A stretch of 64,000 nt of DNA from Selaginella moellendorffii. Taxonomy: Eukaryota > Plantae > Lycopodiophyta. Shown piece after piece: positions 50,342 to 63,941 of the stretch. Each line of letters starts with the position of its first letter. Position 1 is the stretch's first letter. Location: NCBI RefSeq assembly GCF_000143415.4, contig NW_003314301.1, positions 464,745 to 528,744 of the forward strand. Direction: 5' to 3'. Under the pieces are notes generated by a model. The model saw only the letters and a program-made list of their open reading frames with translations, did not search any database and was not told where the DNA came from. The translations under genes and the position numbers were made by a program.

Positions 50342-53300
50342 TTATTGATTTGATATTCTATAAGTTTCTAAAGAAAATTCAATCATGTCTTGAAGTTCTT
50401 TGTCTGGGTTTTTAAAAAGATCTACTTGCCTTACTTCGTTGTAGGTGATTAATATCATTCGCACTATCTCAAAGTTAAACCTTTTGATGTTTTTAGGTAG
50501 ATCTTTCTGATGACTGATGAAGTAACTTTCATTGAGTTCCTTTTTGGTTTTATTAAGCAAGCTTTGCAAATATATTAATGCATCTGCCTCAGTTGCACCC
50601 GGATGATCTTTCATATAACAAGAAACTCCTTGTGCTTGTTGTCCGAGTTTCATCTCAATCTAAAACGCAAAAATAAAAGATTTTTAGTGCTTAAGAATAC
50701 TATTCTCAGAGAGAGAGAGAGCAAACCTTATATGTTTTCATATCATTGGAAAGCCTAGAGATGATACGATCAAGCTTGAGAGGTTTGCTATCATAAATAG
50801 TATTTAATAACTCTTCTGTTAAAAGCTCACCACAAAAGAATATGCCCATAAGTATGTGGACCCAACTTGAGACACTAACTTCAGCATTTTCCATGTACTC
50901 CTCAAAACTTGGAATATACCCTTGAATTTTCCAACGAGCATCAGCAATGATAGATTTTATGACTTTTATGCACTGAAGATTAATGTAAATAACATGCCAT
51001 AGAAAAAACTGATTTAAAATACTTACAATTCCTAATAAGTATTTGTAAATGAATTCTGGAGATAGATTCTGATGTATTTTGGAAGCTGCCTCAGTCATGA
51101 CAAGAACAATAGTATAAAATTCTTGAAAGAGAATCTTATATTCTAGAGAAAGTTCTTGTGACATAGAGATATCCCACCTGGAAGAACAAAAGAGCAAGCA
51201 TTACTATAACTTGTAAAAGTTTATATATACAACCTTTCAATCACATTTTCGAGATGATCAAGCTCTTTAATGTTTGTTGCGTAGTCCAAAAGATCATCAA
51301 ATAATGTGTTTATGCAACAAGTCTTTATAAAAAAAACTCTCAACTGGCCAAATTCTTCCTCATGGAAAGTTGAACAAATAAGATAGTAAAGATAGGGGAT
51401 CATGTTGATATTGGCTTTCAGTCTAGTAGATGGGATATTTTCAAAACCTGATGAATGCCACCAGCTAAAAAATAAAAACACACTAAGTTAGAACATCAGA
51501 AGACTAAGAAATATTTATTTGCCTACTTGACCAATTCTATCATCTCAGAAGGTTGATATGATTGACACTGTTGAGCATATCGATTTGCAAGCTCCAAAAG
51601 CACTTTGTTATTCACTAGAGGCAACCTTTAACAAAAGAGAGGTAAGAGAAAGTTATAGAATTTTAGAGGTTTAACTATGAATGTCACTTACCGGTAAATA
51701 GTTTTACCAATCCAAGGATCATCCACACCATAGTGCTTAATATAAGCATTATTGTAAATTCTTGGCAAGCAGTCATGAAATGGATTTGCTAGCTCGAATG
51801 CCACCTGTAGAGACAACAAACACATTAGAGTTTCCCAGCTATTCATGAATCTCAGACCTCTCCCATGAGGTTCTTCTTCATTGCCCATTTATCCATGTGA
51901 GAGCTCTCAACATTAAGCAGATAACCATCGGAGTACTTGAAAGTCTTTGTAAGAATCTCTTCATTCGGGAAATCAATCTGGGAAGCCCGATGCAAGTTGA
52001 GCATTTCAGAGACCCCATGAGAGACTTCACCAATAAAGCAGCAAAACTTGTCTCCAGGCAGCCAGAACTGGTTGAATGCATCTGTACGTAATTCAAACTC
52101 ATAGATTAATCCACTACAAAAACTATTTATACCTGAAGATACATTATACCCATGCATCCGAAGGATACGGAATGCCATTGCTGTGTCGTCGATGTCCTTG
52201 ACAAGGCACGTAGATCCCCATCCAATTCCTTCGTTTGTCCAAGAGCTGACCACCATTTAAAGAAGAGCTGCAGAAGTATTAAATGTTCAAAGGCTGTACC
52301 TATACACGTAGTTGAGGACAGCTTTGATCTCATCTCTGAAGAAGACGTCAATGCCCAGGCGCTCAATAGTGTCGACCACCCATAAACTTTCGAAAAGATC
52401 GATGGGGTAATGACACGGAACTGCGAAGTACAGCCGATTAACACAAAGGATTTGAAGAAGATAGCTAGTTTACCAGCATAATTTTGATCTTCCATAGCTT
52501 TTTGCAAGTATTGCAAGGACTTCCTGTCCTTGGTCTTCAAGTAAACACATGCTGTTGACGAGGGCGAGCTCAAAAAGGATCCATCTCTGGACTGAAGCTT
52601 AAGGATCTTTTGCCAGTCCATCTCAAGGCCTTGAAGGCCCTCCAAGGAGTATAGCAACGTCGTGGGAGACGAATGAAGCCTATCTAAGGGAATCCTGGAT
52701 GAACACCAAACGTTTTCAAAGCAGATATTACGCACAGAAAAACTCACTTGGCCAATTTCTTCTTGGTGGAAATCTCTAGCAACCTTGTGAACTCTGTGTC
52801 ATACGGAAGATCAAGGCCCAGCTGCTTTGCTTCTTTGAGCATCATTGGGAACGTCACCTCGAAACCTGACAAGAGATCTCCATCGTCTTGCTTCAGCTTA
52901 ATCATGTTCTCACGCAAAAACTTCGTGCCTGTGAAGAATTAAAAAGAGTCCAAGGTGTAAACAGAGCAAAAGAACGAGAAGCACACCTTGCGTAATGCAG
53001 CTGTGCCCGATGTCCCAGAGCTTGAGCGTGACCAGGCAGGAGAGCGTGGATAACACTCTGTCATAGAGTTGCAAGTGACGATCATAACCCCATGATCCAT
53101 CCGAAAGTTGACTGCTGATGATCCACTCCAAGGCCTCCGGAAACTCGGGAAGAGAGGAGTCGGATTCAGACCCGATTCGAGCCACCCAGGCGGTATCATA
53201 AGCCGAAGGACTGATTTCCCCCTTGCCACTCGCGAGTTTCATGAGCCATCCCTTTACTTCCGCGACAAGCAGTGACGTTTCTCTGTGATCAAGCTCCTCG

Positions 53301-53626
53301 ACGTGATCGGCAGGGACGTGGAGAATGCCTTGGTATGGCTGTTGCTTCTTTTTCTGGTTCTCCTGTAGGAAGAAATCTCCACTCAAGCTTGTGCTTCGAC
53401 TTACTGGAGCCTCAGCTGGCTTCTTGTTATCAAAGCTCAGTGAACAGCAGCTAATTCTAGTTGCGGGAGCTGCATTAACAGGCCAGTGTTAGTGCGAAAC
53501 TTGACAAATTCTCGATTTACTTAAGCTTCCTTTCCGCGCCTGTGCGTTGCTCTTGATGATACCTCTGCTGGACTTGAGGCTTGCACTGGTGCCAGTGTGT
53601 TTAAAGCTGAACAAAACCGATGCCAT
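50342..53626 (-). CDS. Bifunctional class II/class I diterpene synthase, miltiradiene-synthase (MDS)-like
   Basis: Plastid transit-like MASVLFSF.., [19 protein letters not shown], class II DIDDTAM (DxDD), class I FDDLLD (DDxxD) and [12 protein letters not shown] (NSE/DTE). By recall it closely resembles Selaginella MDS. The exons checked splice in frame. Confidence 0.92.
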
Positions 53627-54554
53627 TGCAGAATCTTGCCTCCCTGCCTGCCTGAGACTCTTCTTGTCTACAAGCTTTGCCTGCCATATTTTAAGTAGCA
53701 CTATCTAGTCCCTGTTGCTTCGTTTCTTTCACAGAGAGTTTCACGAGTGGAATATTGTCTCCTGTAAGTACTACAGTAACCAGCTGAAGCACAGAGCGAG
53801 GTTTGAAATTTGACATGATTTGGAGCATGCATACCAATGTCACGATTAAGGAAGAATCTATCAAGACATATGAAGTAAGCAAGGGTTTTTACCTTTATTG
53901 TAGTAGTTAGGCATTTGGGATTATGCTTGGCATTGATTAGGCACTAGGGATTATGCTTGCTCTAGAGTTTTTCATGGAGCAATACAACTTGATCTTGCTT
54001 ATCTAAACTTTAATGGGTTACTTCTCTATTTGGAGGCTCTTGACATATGGGGTATTTATGTTCAGTGTTTGACTTTAAAGGCATTTATATTAGCAGTAGT
54101 GCCTAGCACCTTTCTTCAAGCCAAGGCAAATTCTAATAATTGGTATCTATTTTTTAGTCTTTCTTGTGGCTAGGAGCTTAACACACACTGTTACAGCGTA
54201 AACATTTGTACTGCTATAAAATATACTTTATTGTTGATATTTGAGACTTGCTGGCCAAATGTGGGAGCTTATGAAACTTCTTTGATGCTAGAGATAGTTT
54301 AGAGGATATAACTGAGCCTTTTAGGTGGAGCACCTTGAGATATGACCCACTTTCATGCTGTTATATGGTCACTAAGTTGGGAGCAAACTTAAATGCTCAA
54401 GAGTACATGGAAAATTCAAGGATATATTTGGGCTTGGAGTGGTAGAGATGGCTTGAAAACACCCTCCTTTGTCCACAAGCTGGTGGTTGAGCTGTCATGA
54501 AGCGCTGAGCATTTGAGGTGGGTGACGTCTGCTTTTGACCACAGAGATACACGC

Positions 54555-55462
54555 TCAGGCAGAGAGCCATGACATATTTGGGCCATTTCCATGACAGTGT
54601 ATCAACTCGCCTCCTGCATCATCCCGGATAAACAAGGTTTTCCATGTATCGGACCATAGGCCACCACTAGAGGCAGTAGAGCCTGTCACCTGTTCTTCTT
54701 GGAGAGCGACAGCTTCTTTTCCCGGATCAGGTAGTAGGTCGATGTCCGCAGGCACAGGACTATCCCACGTTATGTGACACATGGGAGGATCTTGGCCAGC
54801 TTTTCGAATGGACTCCAAGATATGGCGCCTAGGGGTACGGAAGTCTTTTTCCCCTTCCAGCTCAGCTATCTTGAGCATGATGGAACACGGCAAATTAGAG
54901 CAATCTACACAAACACGATTTGTCGTGTAGAAACACTCTCCTTTGTCCACAAGCTGGTAGTGCAACGTTTGGAATCAGAAATCGAGTAACAGAAAGTTTA
55001 TACTTCGAAAATGTTTGTCGTTTAAGTTTAACTTAAACGACAAACATTTTCGAAGTATAAACTAACAAAGGAAGAACTTGCTCCGAGGGTGAAGGGCGCT
55101 AAAATCTTCCAAATGTTTTTGACAGACCATGTCGAAGTCCAAAGACAGAAACCTTGTTTCTTGGAGGGCTACGCTCACAGTTTTTGCCAAGAATGAGAAT
55201 TTTCCAAGGAGATGAATGCACGAGAGGCATGTAATCTTCTGGAATGCGATTTCGGCTTACGTCCAAGTCGCGAAAATGGATGAAGTGCAATTCTCATCAT
55301 CTCGCCCTCGCGGAATACGAGCGCCAAGAATTGAGAGAATGCCCCGTTGGACCTTGGAGCCTGGCAAGCATACGCCCAGCACAGATCCGCAAGAATACAT
55401 AATATCATACACTTGACTCCCTCAAATCCCATGAAGTCCATGGGTAGGAAAGTTGGGCTCAA
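54555..55462 (-). pseudogene. Unidentified decayed coding fragment(s)
   Basis: Overlapping minus-strand ORFs 55175-55462, 55099-55290 and 54555-54965 with coding-like GC content. A ~30-bp segment is duplicated at 54457 and 54931. No family recognised. Confidence 0.3.
54995..55063. repeat. Perfect 69-bp palindrome (34-bp arms, 1-nt loop)
   Basis: agtttatacttcgaaaatgtttgtcgtttaagtt-t-aacttaaacgacaaacattttcgaagtataaact. Confidence 0.97.
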
Positions 55463-55554
55463 ATGTCCTTTTAAGCGTTTGATGGGCAGCGATGCCAGGA
55501 TCGATTTAATTTATTAACACTAAACAATTAGTTTGCCATTTCATACTTTTTGGA

Positions 55555-57466
55555 TCACACAAAGGAGAGTTTACCATCCCATCTTTTGACAGTGCCTGCG
55601 TACTTGTCTTTCACGTTATAGCAGTCAATAAAGATCGCCACGACCTTTTTGTTCGCCCGCTGAAATCTTACTCCAACATAAATCACTCCATCATGATCTG
55701 GTCGGGTCTGAATGGCAGGAACGTCCATCAAGAAATCAACAACAAAAACTTGCTTTCCATGCTGCTCATGATTTGGCTTTGCTCTTTGCATGCACTCCGC
55801 CAGCTGCTCCCGTCTACAATTCACCAAAAGCTCAAACCCCTTGGTTCCATCTTTGACGAGTGTATCTAACCGTTTTTGAGATGGCTTTGACGCATCAATC
55901 TTCTCTTTCACTTCCGGAAGGACAAGAAAATCACGCATTGGATAAGCATGCACTAGAACAGCTTTGAGTCGGCACATGAAAGCAAACTGAAGAGCGTATT
56001 CAGCCTGGTTCTGACACTCCTCCATGGTCTGAAGAACTTGCATGATAACCCACTTCCCATTAACAACACCCTGCACAGGTGGATCCTCAACCTCCTCACT
56101 CGTGATCACACATTGCTTGAGCAATTCGGTAAGCAACAAGGGAGAAGAGATCCCCAACGAGTCACCGGATCCTGCCTCTTCACCGCCAAGACGCCTTCAG
56201 CTAGCAAGTCCCGCACGCTCTCCAGTTCTTGGTAGGGCTTCTCCACTGCTTGTACAAATCCCATGACCCGCTCATGCCCCTCCTTGCTTCTTGCCTGCGT
56301 ATTGAAACTGTCCATGATTCGCCAGTACGTGGCTTTGTCGAAAATGTAAGTCCCGAGTTCATACGAACGAACGCTCTGTAGCCAATCCTTGATCATGAAC
56401 AACCAGTCCTTTATGCCCCGAGGTCAGCTCAAACACTGACGCAGCTATTTCCTTGACGTCCTTGACTGCGCCACCATAGTCTTCATTTGCTTGTTCCAGG
56501 AGTGAAACAATGTCGTCCAGATCAAAACCTGACGCTCGAACGTAGTAATCGTGTGGTAAGGGCGATAGCCTCCTCGGCTCCTCGATCAGACTCTTTCTTC
56601 CGTATCTTCCGTCCAGGAGATCTCGCACAGTCTCCACTCCTATCAGCATGCACGACTTGAGGTTGTACAGATCCTTCCTCTGCTTCACATCACGAAGGGT
56701 GGCGAAGAAAACATCCAGGCAGTGATCGGACAAGTTCAGAAGCGAGTCGGCTTCATCCACCACGAGACAGACCGGAACTTTGAGAGTGCTCCTGTGAAAC
56801 AGTGACGAGGAAGCGGCTGCGTCCGACCCCGTTGCAGAACCAAAGTACTTCGGCGATACGAGACGAAATGAAACGAATCAAAGTATCAAACATGGTGGAC
56901 GTGCTCCAACTGGGATTCGCGTCCGCCAGGCCACCCAAGCGAATCGGGTACAGTAAACCACTGTCCCTCATCTGGCGCATAACAGCCATAGCGGCAGTTG
57001 TCTTGCCACTTTACCTCGGCCCCAGCAACGCACAGTACTTGCCGGCTTCCAGATCACTCCTAAGCCCGGCGTAGATCTCTCCAGGCTCCACAAAGTAATT
57101 GGATTCGGGTGTCACAGCGAGGCCAACCCCAAACCCCCGCCTGTAGCACGTCGGGGACGCTCTTGCTCTTGGTCGAAAACTTACGCGATGGCTGAATGCA
57201 TCCAGAAGGACCTTGTGCAGGGCGTAGCGTCCAGGCAGAGTGAGCTGCAACTCATAGGCGCTCGCCTTCTTCAGCACTGCAGTGTTTACAAAGCCAGCAC
57301 GCTAGAGCTTGGACAAATCCTCTTCCGTGAAGGCCGAGAGCTCCTGTTGATCGAGACCGGCTTGGAGCAGCGCCTCCTTCACCACACTGCACTGAGGAGC
57401 CGCCTGGATCATTTTCTTCGATCCATAGCTGCAAGCGCACAGGTGAATGCGTCCTACCATCGCCAT
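55555..57466 (-). pseudogene. Crinkler-like P-loop NTPase + restriction-endonuclease-fold gene, intronless and inactivated
   Basis: Walker A GPR*SGKTT (stop at 57011-57013), Walker B VVDEAD and ELTSGHKGLV, then a C-terminal AEYALQF..VLPEV..KRLDTLV..GFEL..VFVVDF REase-like pattern. Two stops and about three frameshifts. Confidence 0.72.
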
Positions 57467-57523
57467 TAAGCCTTCGCGCTGGAAATTAGGGCTGATATTA
57501 CTTGTCCAGATTTTTTAAAGGCA

Positions 57524-59177
57524 ATGGCGAAGCTGTGGATCGCACTAATGTTCTTGCTCATTTCATTTCCATTGCAAGAATCATCAGCGCAGGAAATCGT
57601 CAACATAACGATCTTGCACAATGCTGTCAAAGAGGGCGCAGGTATTATAATGTTTTTCTATGGTACAAGGATTTTTTCTACAAATCTTTCTATCCAGTGT
57701 GTCTCGATGGAAGCCCACCAGCGTATTACTTGCGGAGAAGAAATTCCCCAAATTGGCTCCTGTTCTTGCGGGTATTTGATGATTATACAAAGAACTTGTT
57801 TCCAATTTTCCATAGGGTGGAGGCGTGTGCTATGGCGACAGCAAAGAAAGGTCCTGCTTGAGCCGCAGCACATCAGAACTTGGATCATCTCAACAGATGA
57901 GTGAGCAAATCAGCCTAAACTTTGGTATTTTCAGCATTTCTAAGAAGAACAATCCAGGTCTTTTTTCTTCTTTTTCTTTTGGTAGTGTAAGGATAAAACT
58001 AACTAGCTTAGAAGCTTGCAGATTTCTGGAACTGGAATCATGTAGTAATCACTTATTGTGATGGTGGAAGCTACCTTGGAGATGTTGAGAAACCTGTCCA
58101 AGTTTTTGATACTGAGACAAACAAAGTAAACAGTATTTGGAAAGTATTTGTACTATCATTTGGTATTGCAGACCCGCTATCTTTACTACAGAGGGCGAAA
58201 AATATGGAATTACACCATCAGAAACCTTCTGCAGAAAGGCATGAAACATGCAAACCAGGTAAGGTAAAAGATAATATTTTCTCTAACTATGATTTTATTT
58301 TATTTTTTCAGGTTCTTCTATCTGGCTGTTCAGTAGGGGCTACTGCCACAGCAGTTTATTGCAACGATTTCAAACAGTTATTACCTCATGCAACAGTAAA
58401 ATGCTTAATGGATGGTGGGCTTTTTGTGAACCTGTAAGTTATTATAGTATATATACTATAATCGTAAGTAGAGGTTTAATTTTATTACAGGCCTGATATT
58501 ACAGGAAACTACTCGTTGCAATCCATTTTTGACATAACAGTGAGGGAACACAATATTACATTGGGCATTGAAAGAAATTATGTTCCAACAAATGCAGCAT
58601 ATAAGGTAAATATTCAATGTTTTATTATTATTATTATGAAAGATATTCTATTTCAGCAACTCTTTCCTCCATATATTTTGCCATCTATTAAGCAACCCAT
58701 GTTTCTTCTTAATTCTGCATACGATACTTGGCAGATTAGAAACATATTACTATACCCAACTGCGGAATGGAGACCATGTGTCTTAAATTCATCTTCTTGC
58801 CATCCCAGGCAGCTCCAAATTTTACAAGGTACAAAAGATATAAACAACACTCATATTCACAGTTTATGTTTTTTCAGGCTTTAGATCAAGTTTCCTAACA
58901 AATATTTCACCTGCTTTTGAGAAAGAAAAATGGGGTTTCTTCATCAATTCATGTTTTCACCATTGTCAAGGTGACGTTTCCACAGTTCGAGTAAATAACC
59001 AGGTAGAATCAATATTTGCTTTTGGAGGTTTTACTATCTAGTTTGTATTGGCAGACAATTCTGGAAGCAATTGGAAATTGGATGTACGAAAGACAAAAGA
59101 AAGTCATCCTAGTGGATTTTCTTTCATGGCCAAATAATCCAACTTGTGTAACATATTTTGAAGATACTTGGCTTTAA
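57524..59177 (+). CDS. Pectin acetylesterase (PAE family)
   Basis: Signal peptide, VCLDGSPPAY, GGGVC, NPDFWNWNHV, YCDG, GCSVG (GCSxG nucleophile), NSAYDTWQ, HCQ and WPNNPTC. About 11 short-intron exons; stop at 59175-59177. Confidence 0.93.
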
Positions 59178-59334
59178 GAGACAAATATATTTTTATAAAA
59201 TTTCAAAACCATTTAGAAAATATTACACGTATAGATATGTTTCCATGGTTTATGCATGGAACCATGCTAAAGTTTCCTACTCAAAAGTGTTATGGCAGTG
59301 CTGGTGTTCTGGAATTTTATAACCGGGGCTTAAT

Positions 59335-62300
59335 TTATATACAACATTGGCGGGAATAACAGCAAACAAATCCCTCTACACTAAAGTGGACGATCTCGTT
59401 CTTGACATGTTTTTTCGTTGTTGATCTCGAGTCCGACCATCCACTGTAGAGTTTTACCACTGCGGCTGGAGTAACAAACTCTATGCTGCTAAGATCCAAG
59501 CATTTCAATCCCGCAGCCAATGACAACGCCTTGGATAATTGCTGGACGACTCCATCCTCTACCTCTCCTTCGTCTTCACTGTCTGCAACAATCTCAGTGC
59601 TGGAAACTTTGGTTGCATCACGGCAATTGCCAGCCAGTCTCAATTCCGCAAGGAAACTGTTACCTGCGAAAGCCATAACAAGAAGTTTAGATATCTGAAC
59701 TTTCTCTCCAGGGTCGTACCTCGCAAAGATTTCAAGAGGCTCACGACACCATTTTGAGACAAGCCACAGTCGCTCAAGTCTAGCTTTCGCAGCACACAAT
59801 TTGGCTTCTTGATTTCCTCCACAATTAATTGGACAGACTAGAAAAGCGAGAACATTAGATCACGATTGTGCTGACATGTTGATTACTTACCTGCGAGCTC
59901 AAATGGTTTCCAGCTAAACTCAAAGTCGCCAGTGCTGGACTGGTGACGAGATGCCTGTACAGACGATCACCAACCTCGGGTAATATTTTACAGCCGGTCA
60001 CGTCTACTGTGGAGAGGTCTGACGAGTTCTCACTGATGGCATTACCAATTCTCTCCCAAAATTCCTGCAAAAGCCATACAAGTTACTCCAAAGCACCAAA
60101 AAGGTGCGACTCACAGGTCTCATTTCAAGCTGCCTCATTAAGAGCTGGGACAAGGTACTCGTTTCCTGGATTAAGTGAACAATGCCTTCCACTCCCGTGG
60201 GGCCACATACCTGTAACCCGGATATATCCAAGGCCTCGAAACTATATCGGACAAAACCGACCAAAAGCATTTCGAAAACCATCGAAAGTATTTCATTTTT
60301 TTGTTACCTTGGAAGTGTTGCCAACTTCTTTAATAAAGCTGTAAGAGCATACCCAGCTATCGGGTTGTTTTTCCCTGAAGAAGCAAGTCAGCATTTTACT
60401 ACAGATTCAACATACTTGCCAATTGATAGCCTTTGCAAGCATGATCCTGATTGCAGCGCATTCGTGAGTTTCTGGCAAGTCAGAGTGGTCAGGCCGCACT
60501 CTTCCACTTTCAGCGTGTGCAATCCTGGTTCAAACTCAGGTTACTCCATACAATAAAAGCGAAGTAAAGACTCACTAGGTGCGTGTTCTAGTATTCGAGC
60601 CAAGTCATGTCCCACACCATCTGTAAGCAAGTTTCCGGATAGAATGATCACTTCTAGGCGCCGCAAGGTGATGGAACATTTGGAAATCTGCTTGGACAAC
60701 CGCAAATATAAAGAAACGTATGCGAAAGTCTAACCTCAGAAAGTGAATTTGCGACCAGGTTGTTGTCGTGCAAGTCGAGCAACAAACCAGTGTCTGAGTT
60801 TTTCGTATCGCCTAGAATTTTCTGAAGACCCGTCAACCTTCCTGAAATCAAAAGCTTAAGGATTTTGGTAGATGCGAAAGTAGTAAAAAATACTTACCCA
60901 ATTGATTGTGAGCAAGTTTTATGGAGAACAGTGAGCCAATATCGTCTAACGCCAGGAGCAAAGGCCAGATAGATACGTCGTCAAGGTCACAGTCGCATGC
61001 GTCTACTTCGCCAATTTTAATCTGCTGTACAACAAAATGTTTCTTAACTTAAAAGAAACATTAAGACAATAAAAAAAAAAACCTTAAGCTTGCTCTGGAG
61101 CTCCAGACTTGGCTTGAATTTATGTTTCTTACACGCTAAATCATATCGTTCGACCAACGGGACCGGTATCCATCCTAAAGCCAACAAAAAACTGTAAGGA
61201 AAACCAACGGAAGTAAATGACCACACCTGTTATAGACACTGCCACCTCGTGTGAATCAACTTTAGCCAGGTCTTTGTAAATGTTACCAGAAGGTAGTAGG
61301 GCACCTCCTATGGATAACTCCCTCAAAATAGGATGAGGACCTACGAGGAAAGCCATGATAAGTTTCTCGCAGACAAAGCAGTAATATCAAGCACCTTCTG
61401 GCTTTGCAGACTTGTAGAGACGTAAAACTTCCTCCAAAAACGTTTCTACAGTTATGAACTCTGGATGCCGAGAAGACAAGGACAAGCATTTGAGATTCAC
61501 ATGAAGAACATGCCCGTCTACGTTGACACGAACCACCTGAGATCAAATGGATAGAAGAAGATTAGTGTCCAAGCCATACCAGAAATACAAAAGAAGCTTA
61601 CGTTGGAGTCGCCATGAAGGTTAGAAACATTGTCGACGTCCATCCGCACGGCTCTATCGGCGCTCGCATCCGAGCTCTCATTCGGAGTGAGAGGTGGAGG
61701 TGTTCTAGCTCTATCGGCGCTAGCACCCGAGCTCTCATTCGGATTACAAGGTGGAGGCGTTCTAGCCAAGCATTACTTGGGAAAGAAAATCACCGTTTTC
61801 GCGGAGCTGGATTTCGTACTTCGCGGATGTGGAAGGCCCACTTCCTGATTACGTTCGCGGTGATCCCAGGGGTAGCCTGGAAACCAGATTCTCCAGCTCT
61901 GCTGGCACTTTCTTGCTCTTCTGTGTCATCATCAGATAGCACGATCCGGTGGCGTTTCCGAGAATTTACCGGTGGGACTTTTTCCGTTTCTTGGTGCTCA
62001 GAATCGCTGTCCGTTTCTAAGCAAACTAGCTCATCTTCAGCAGCAGAATGGCCTGGCCTGATCAGGGATTTTACTTTCGTAATCTTGGACTCCACTTCTC
62101 TGCATGAGAAAAGAAAAATTAAACGTCATTGGAGCACTATTATAAATAGTTAGTCCACCTTGCTCGGTCGAAGTCCTCAAAGCGAATATTATAAGCATAC
62201 TGCATGTTTTCCAGCGCGCTCTTCTGCTGCTCCAGCATCTCTGTTTCTCCTTCAGACACCGCCAATCTATGTCCAAAAGTAAAACTCAAATGACATAGAA

Positions 62301-63941
62301 ACCGTTCCTTACTCGTATGCTTCCTCGTAAGCCTTAAGAGCAGCTTCCCATTCGCCATTAGCGTCCAGAGCATTACCATAGTTGTTCTTAGCAATGGACT
62401 GGCCCTGCAAGTGAAAACATGTCAAGAAACTACAAGTACATCTGCCATTTTGATTTCTTTTCCTCAAACTTACTTCCAAGTTCTTCGATCTTTTGGATAT
62501 CTGAAAGCTTTTCAAGTGCCACTTTTTGGCCTTCTCGAACGATCGCAGATGATAGTATGCTTGTGCCACCATTCCAAAGGCGTCACCTATTTTTCCAGAG
62601 TCTCCAAGACGCTTTGCCGCCCGCTTTTGCTGTTTCGTCAGCTTAAGAAACTGCAAGCATACACTTTCATTCTCGGTCAAGTCTCACAAGTAAAGAAAAG
62701 AAATAAATAGCACTGACTTACCATGTCCCAATTGCACACAGTTTCCGCCTGGCTCACGAGCTTGCCAAGTAGAATGTACTCTTTCTTGACGTTTCTTTTG
62801 TCTCGTTGTAACTTTTGAAGTTTAAGCAGCCCCTTAGATAACTCCTGCATAATCTGTTCCGCGTCTTTCACCACCTGGATATTTTCTCTCACGTTTGCAG
62901 CGAGAGCGTCTTCATCCTGCAGCTTCCCCACAATCGTAAGGGCGCGTTTGTAAATCTTCATCGCGTCCTCATAGTTCTGCGTCTTGAACGAAAGGTCTCC
63001 CAAGTTTATCAGCCCCTTAACTTCGCCTTGCAAGTTCCCAACCACCTTGCAAATCATGATATCGAGCTGCATGTGTTCCTTGGCGTACTGCCAGTTCCTT
63101 CGCTCGGTATAGAGCCTGCCAAGGTTGTGATGGATCCTGGACCGAACCTCGTTGTTCGGAGCAACTTCTTCGTCGTCGCAAATCTTCAGAGCGTGGTACA
63201 AGTACTTCTCAGCCTCTCTGTGGTTTTCGAACACCATCTTCATGAGCCCCAGATTGTTATGGGCGTCGGCGAGCATGCACCCAGCGTTCCCTTCCTGTGG
63301 CATCTGCGCTACCAGATTCAATGCAGTTGTGAAAAACTCTTGGCATTTCCTGATGATGGTCGAGAAAGGAATTCCAGTATCGTCGTCTCTCTCGAAGAGA
63401 TCGAGGTAGCTCCGACCAAGCTGTGTGCTTGCTCGCTGCTGCTCGAGTATATCACCAGTCTCTTTGGCTAGCTGGTAGTGTCTCTCCTATTAGGATGGAG
63501 AAAGGGAACGATCAGCAGAGAAGAGGAGAACAAAGATGGCTGAATAAAACTACAAAGGAAAGAATGATTTTTCTCAAAAAAAGGAAGAGGGCATCGAGAG
63601 AAAAGAGGTTCTCTTTTCTTTGGGGGTGAGAGGAGTACCTGATAGACGAGAGCTTCTTTGTAGTCTTGCATTCTGCTGTAGATTTCTCCCATGGATTGGC
63701 AAGATGGCATCAATCCAGCAGGAGACATGCTCCCAGAAGCCTTTCGACCTGACGCGATCTCATAATCCAGGCGAAACCACTTGAGCGCCTCCACATACTC
63801 GCCCCGATCTTTGAACACATGCCCAATCTGGTTTGCCCATCGCGACTCCTCTTCCCTGTCGCCGATCTGCTTGGCTTCCCTGTAGCTTGCCTTCATCGAT
63901 TCCACGTTGCCACATTGCCCGCCGCTCTTGCGCCTCGCCAT
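59335..63941 (-). CDS. TSK: TONSOKU/BRUSHY1/MGOUN3 (TPR/LGN repeats + LRR)
   Basis: N-terminus YREAKQIGDREEESRWANQIGHVFKDRGEYVEALKWFRLDY, TPR repeats (DAHNNLG, RSRIHHNLGRLY), C-terminal LRRs and a terminal HFSVEG..CC....CC motif. Confidence 0.93.

Noticed and set aside
50342-59177. Possible biosynthetic gene cluster around the diterpene synthase
   Set aside because: The neighbours (NRPB1, NTPase-REase relic, PAE, TSK) include no P450, reductase or transferase tailoring genes.
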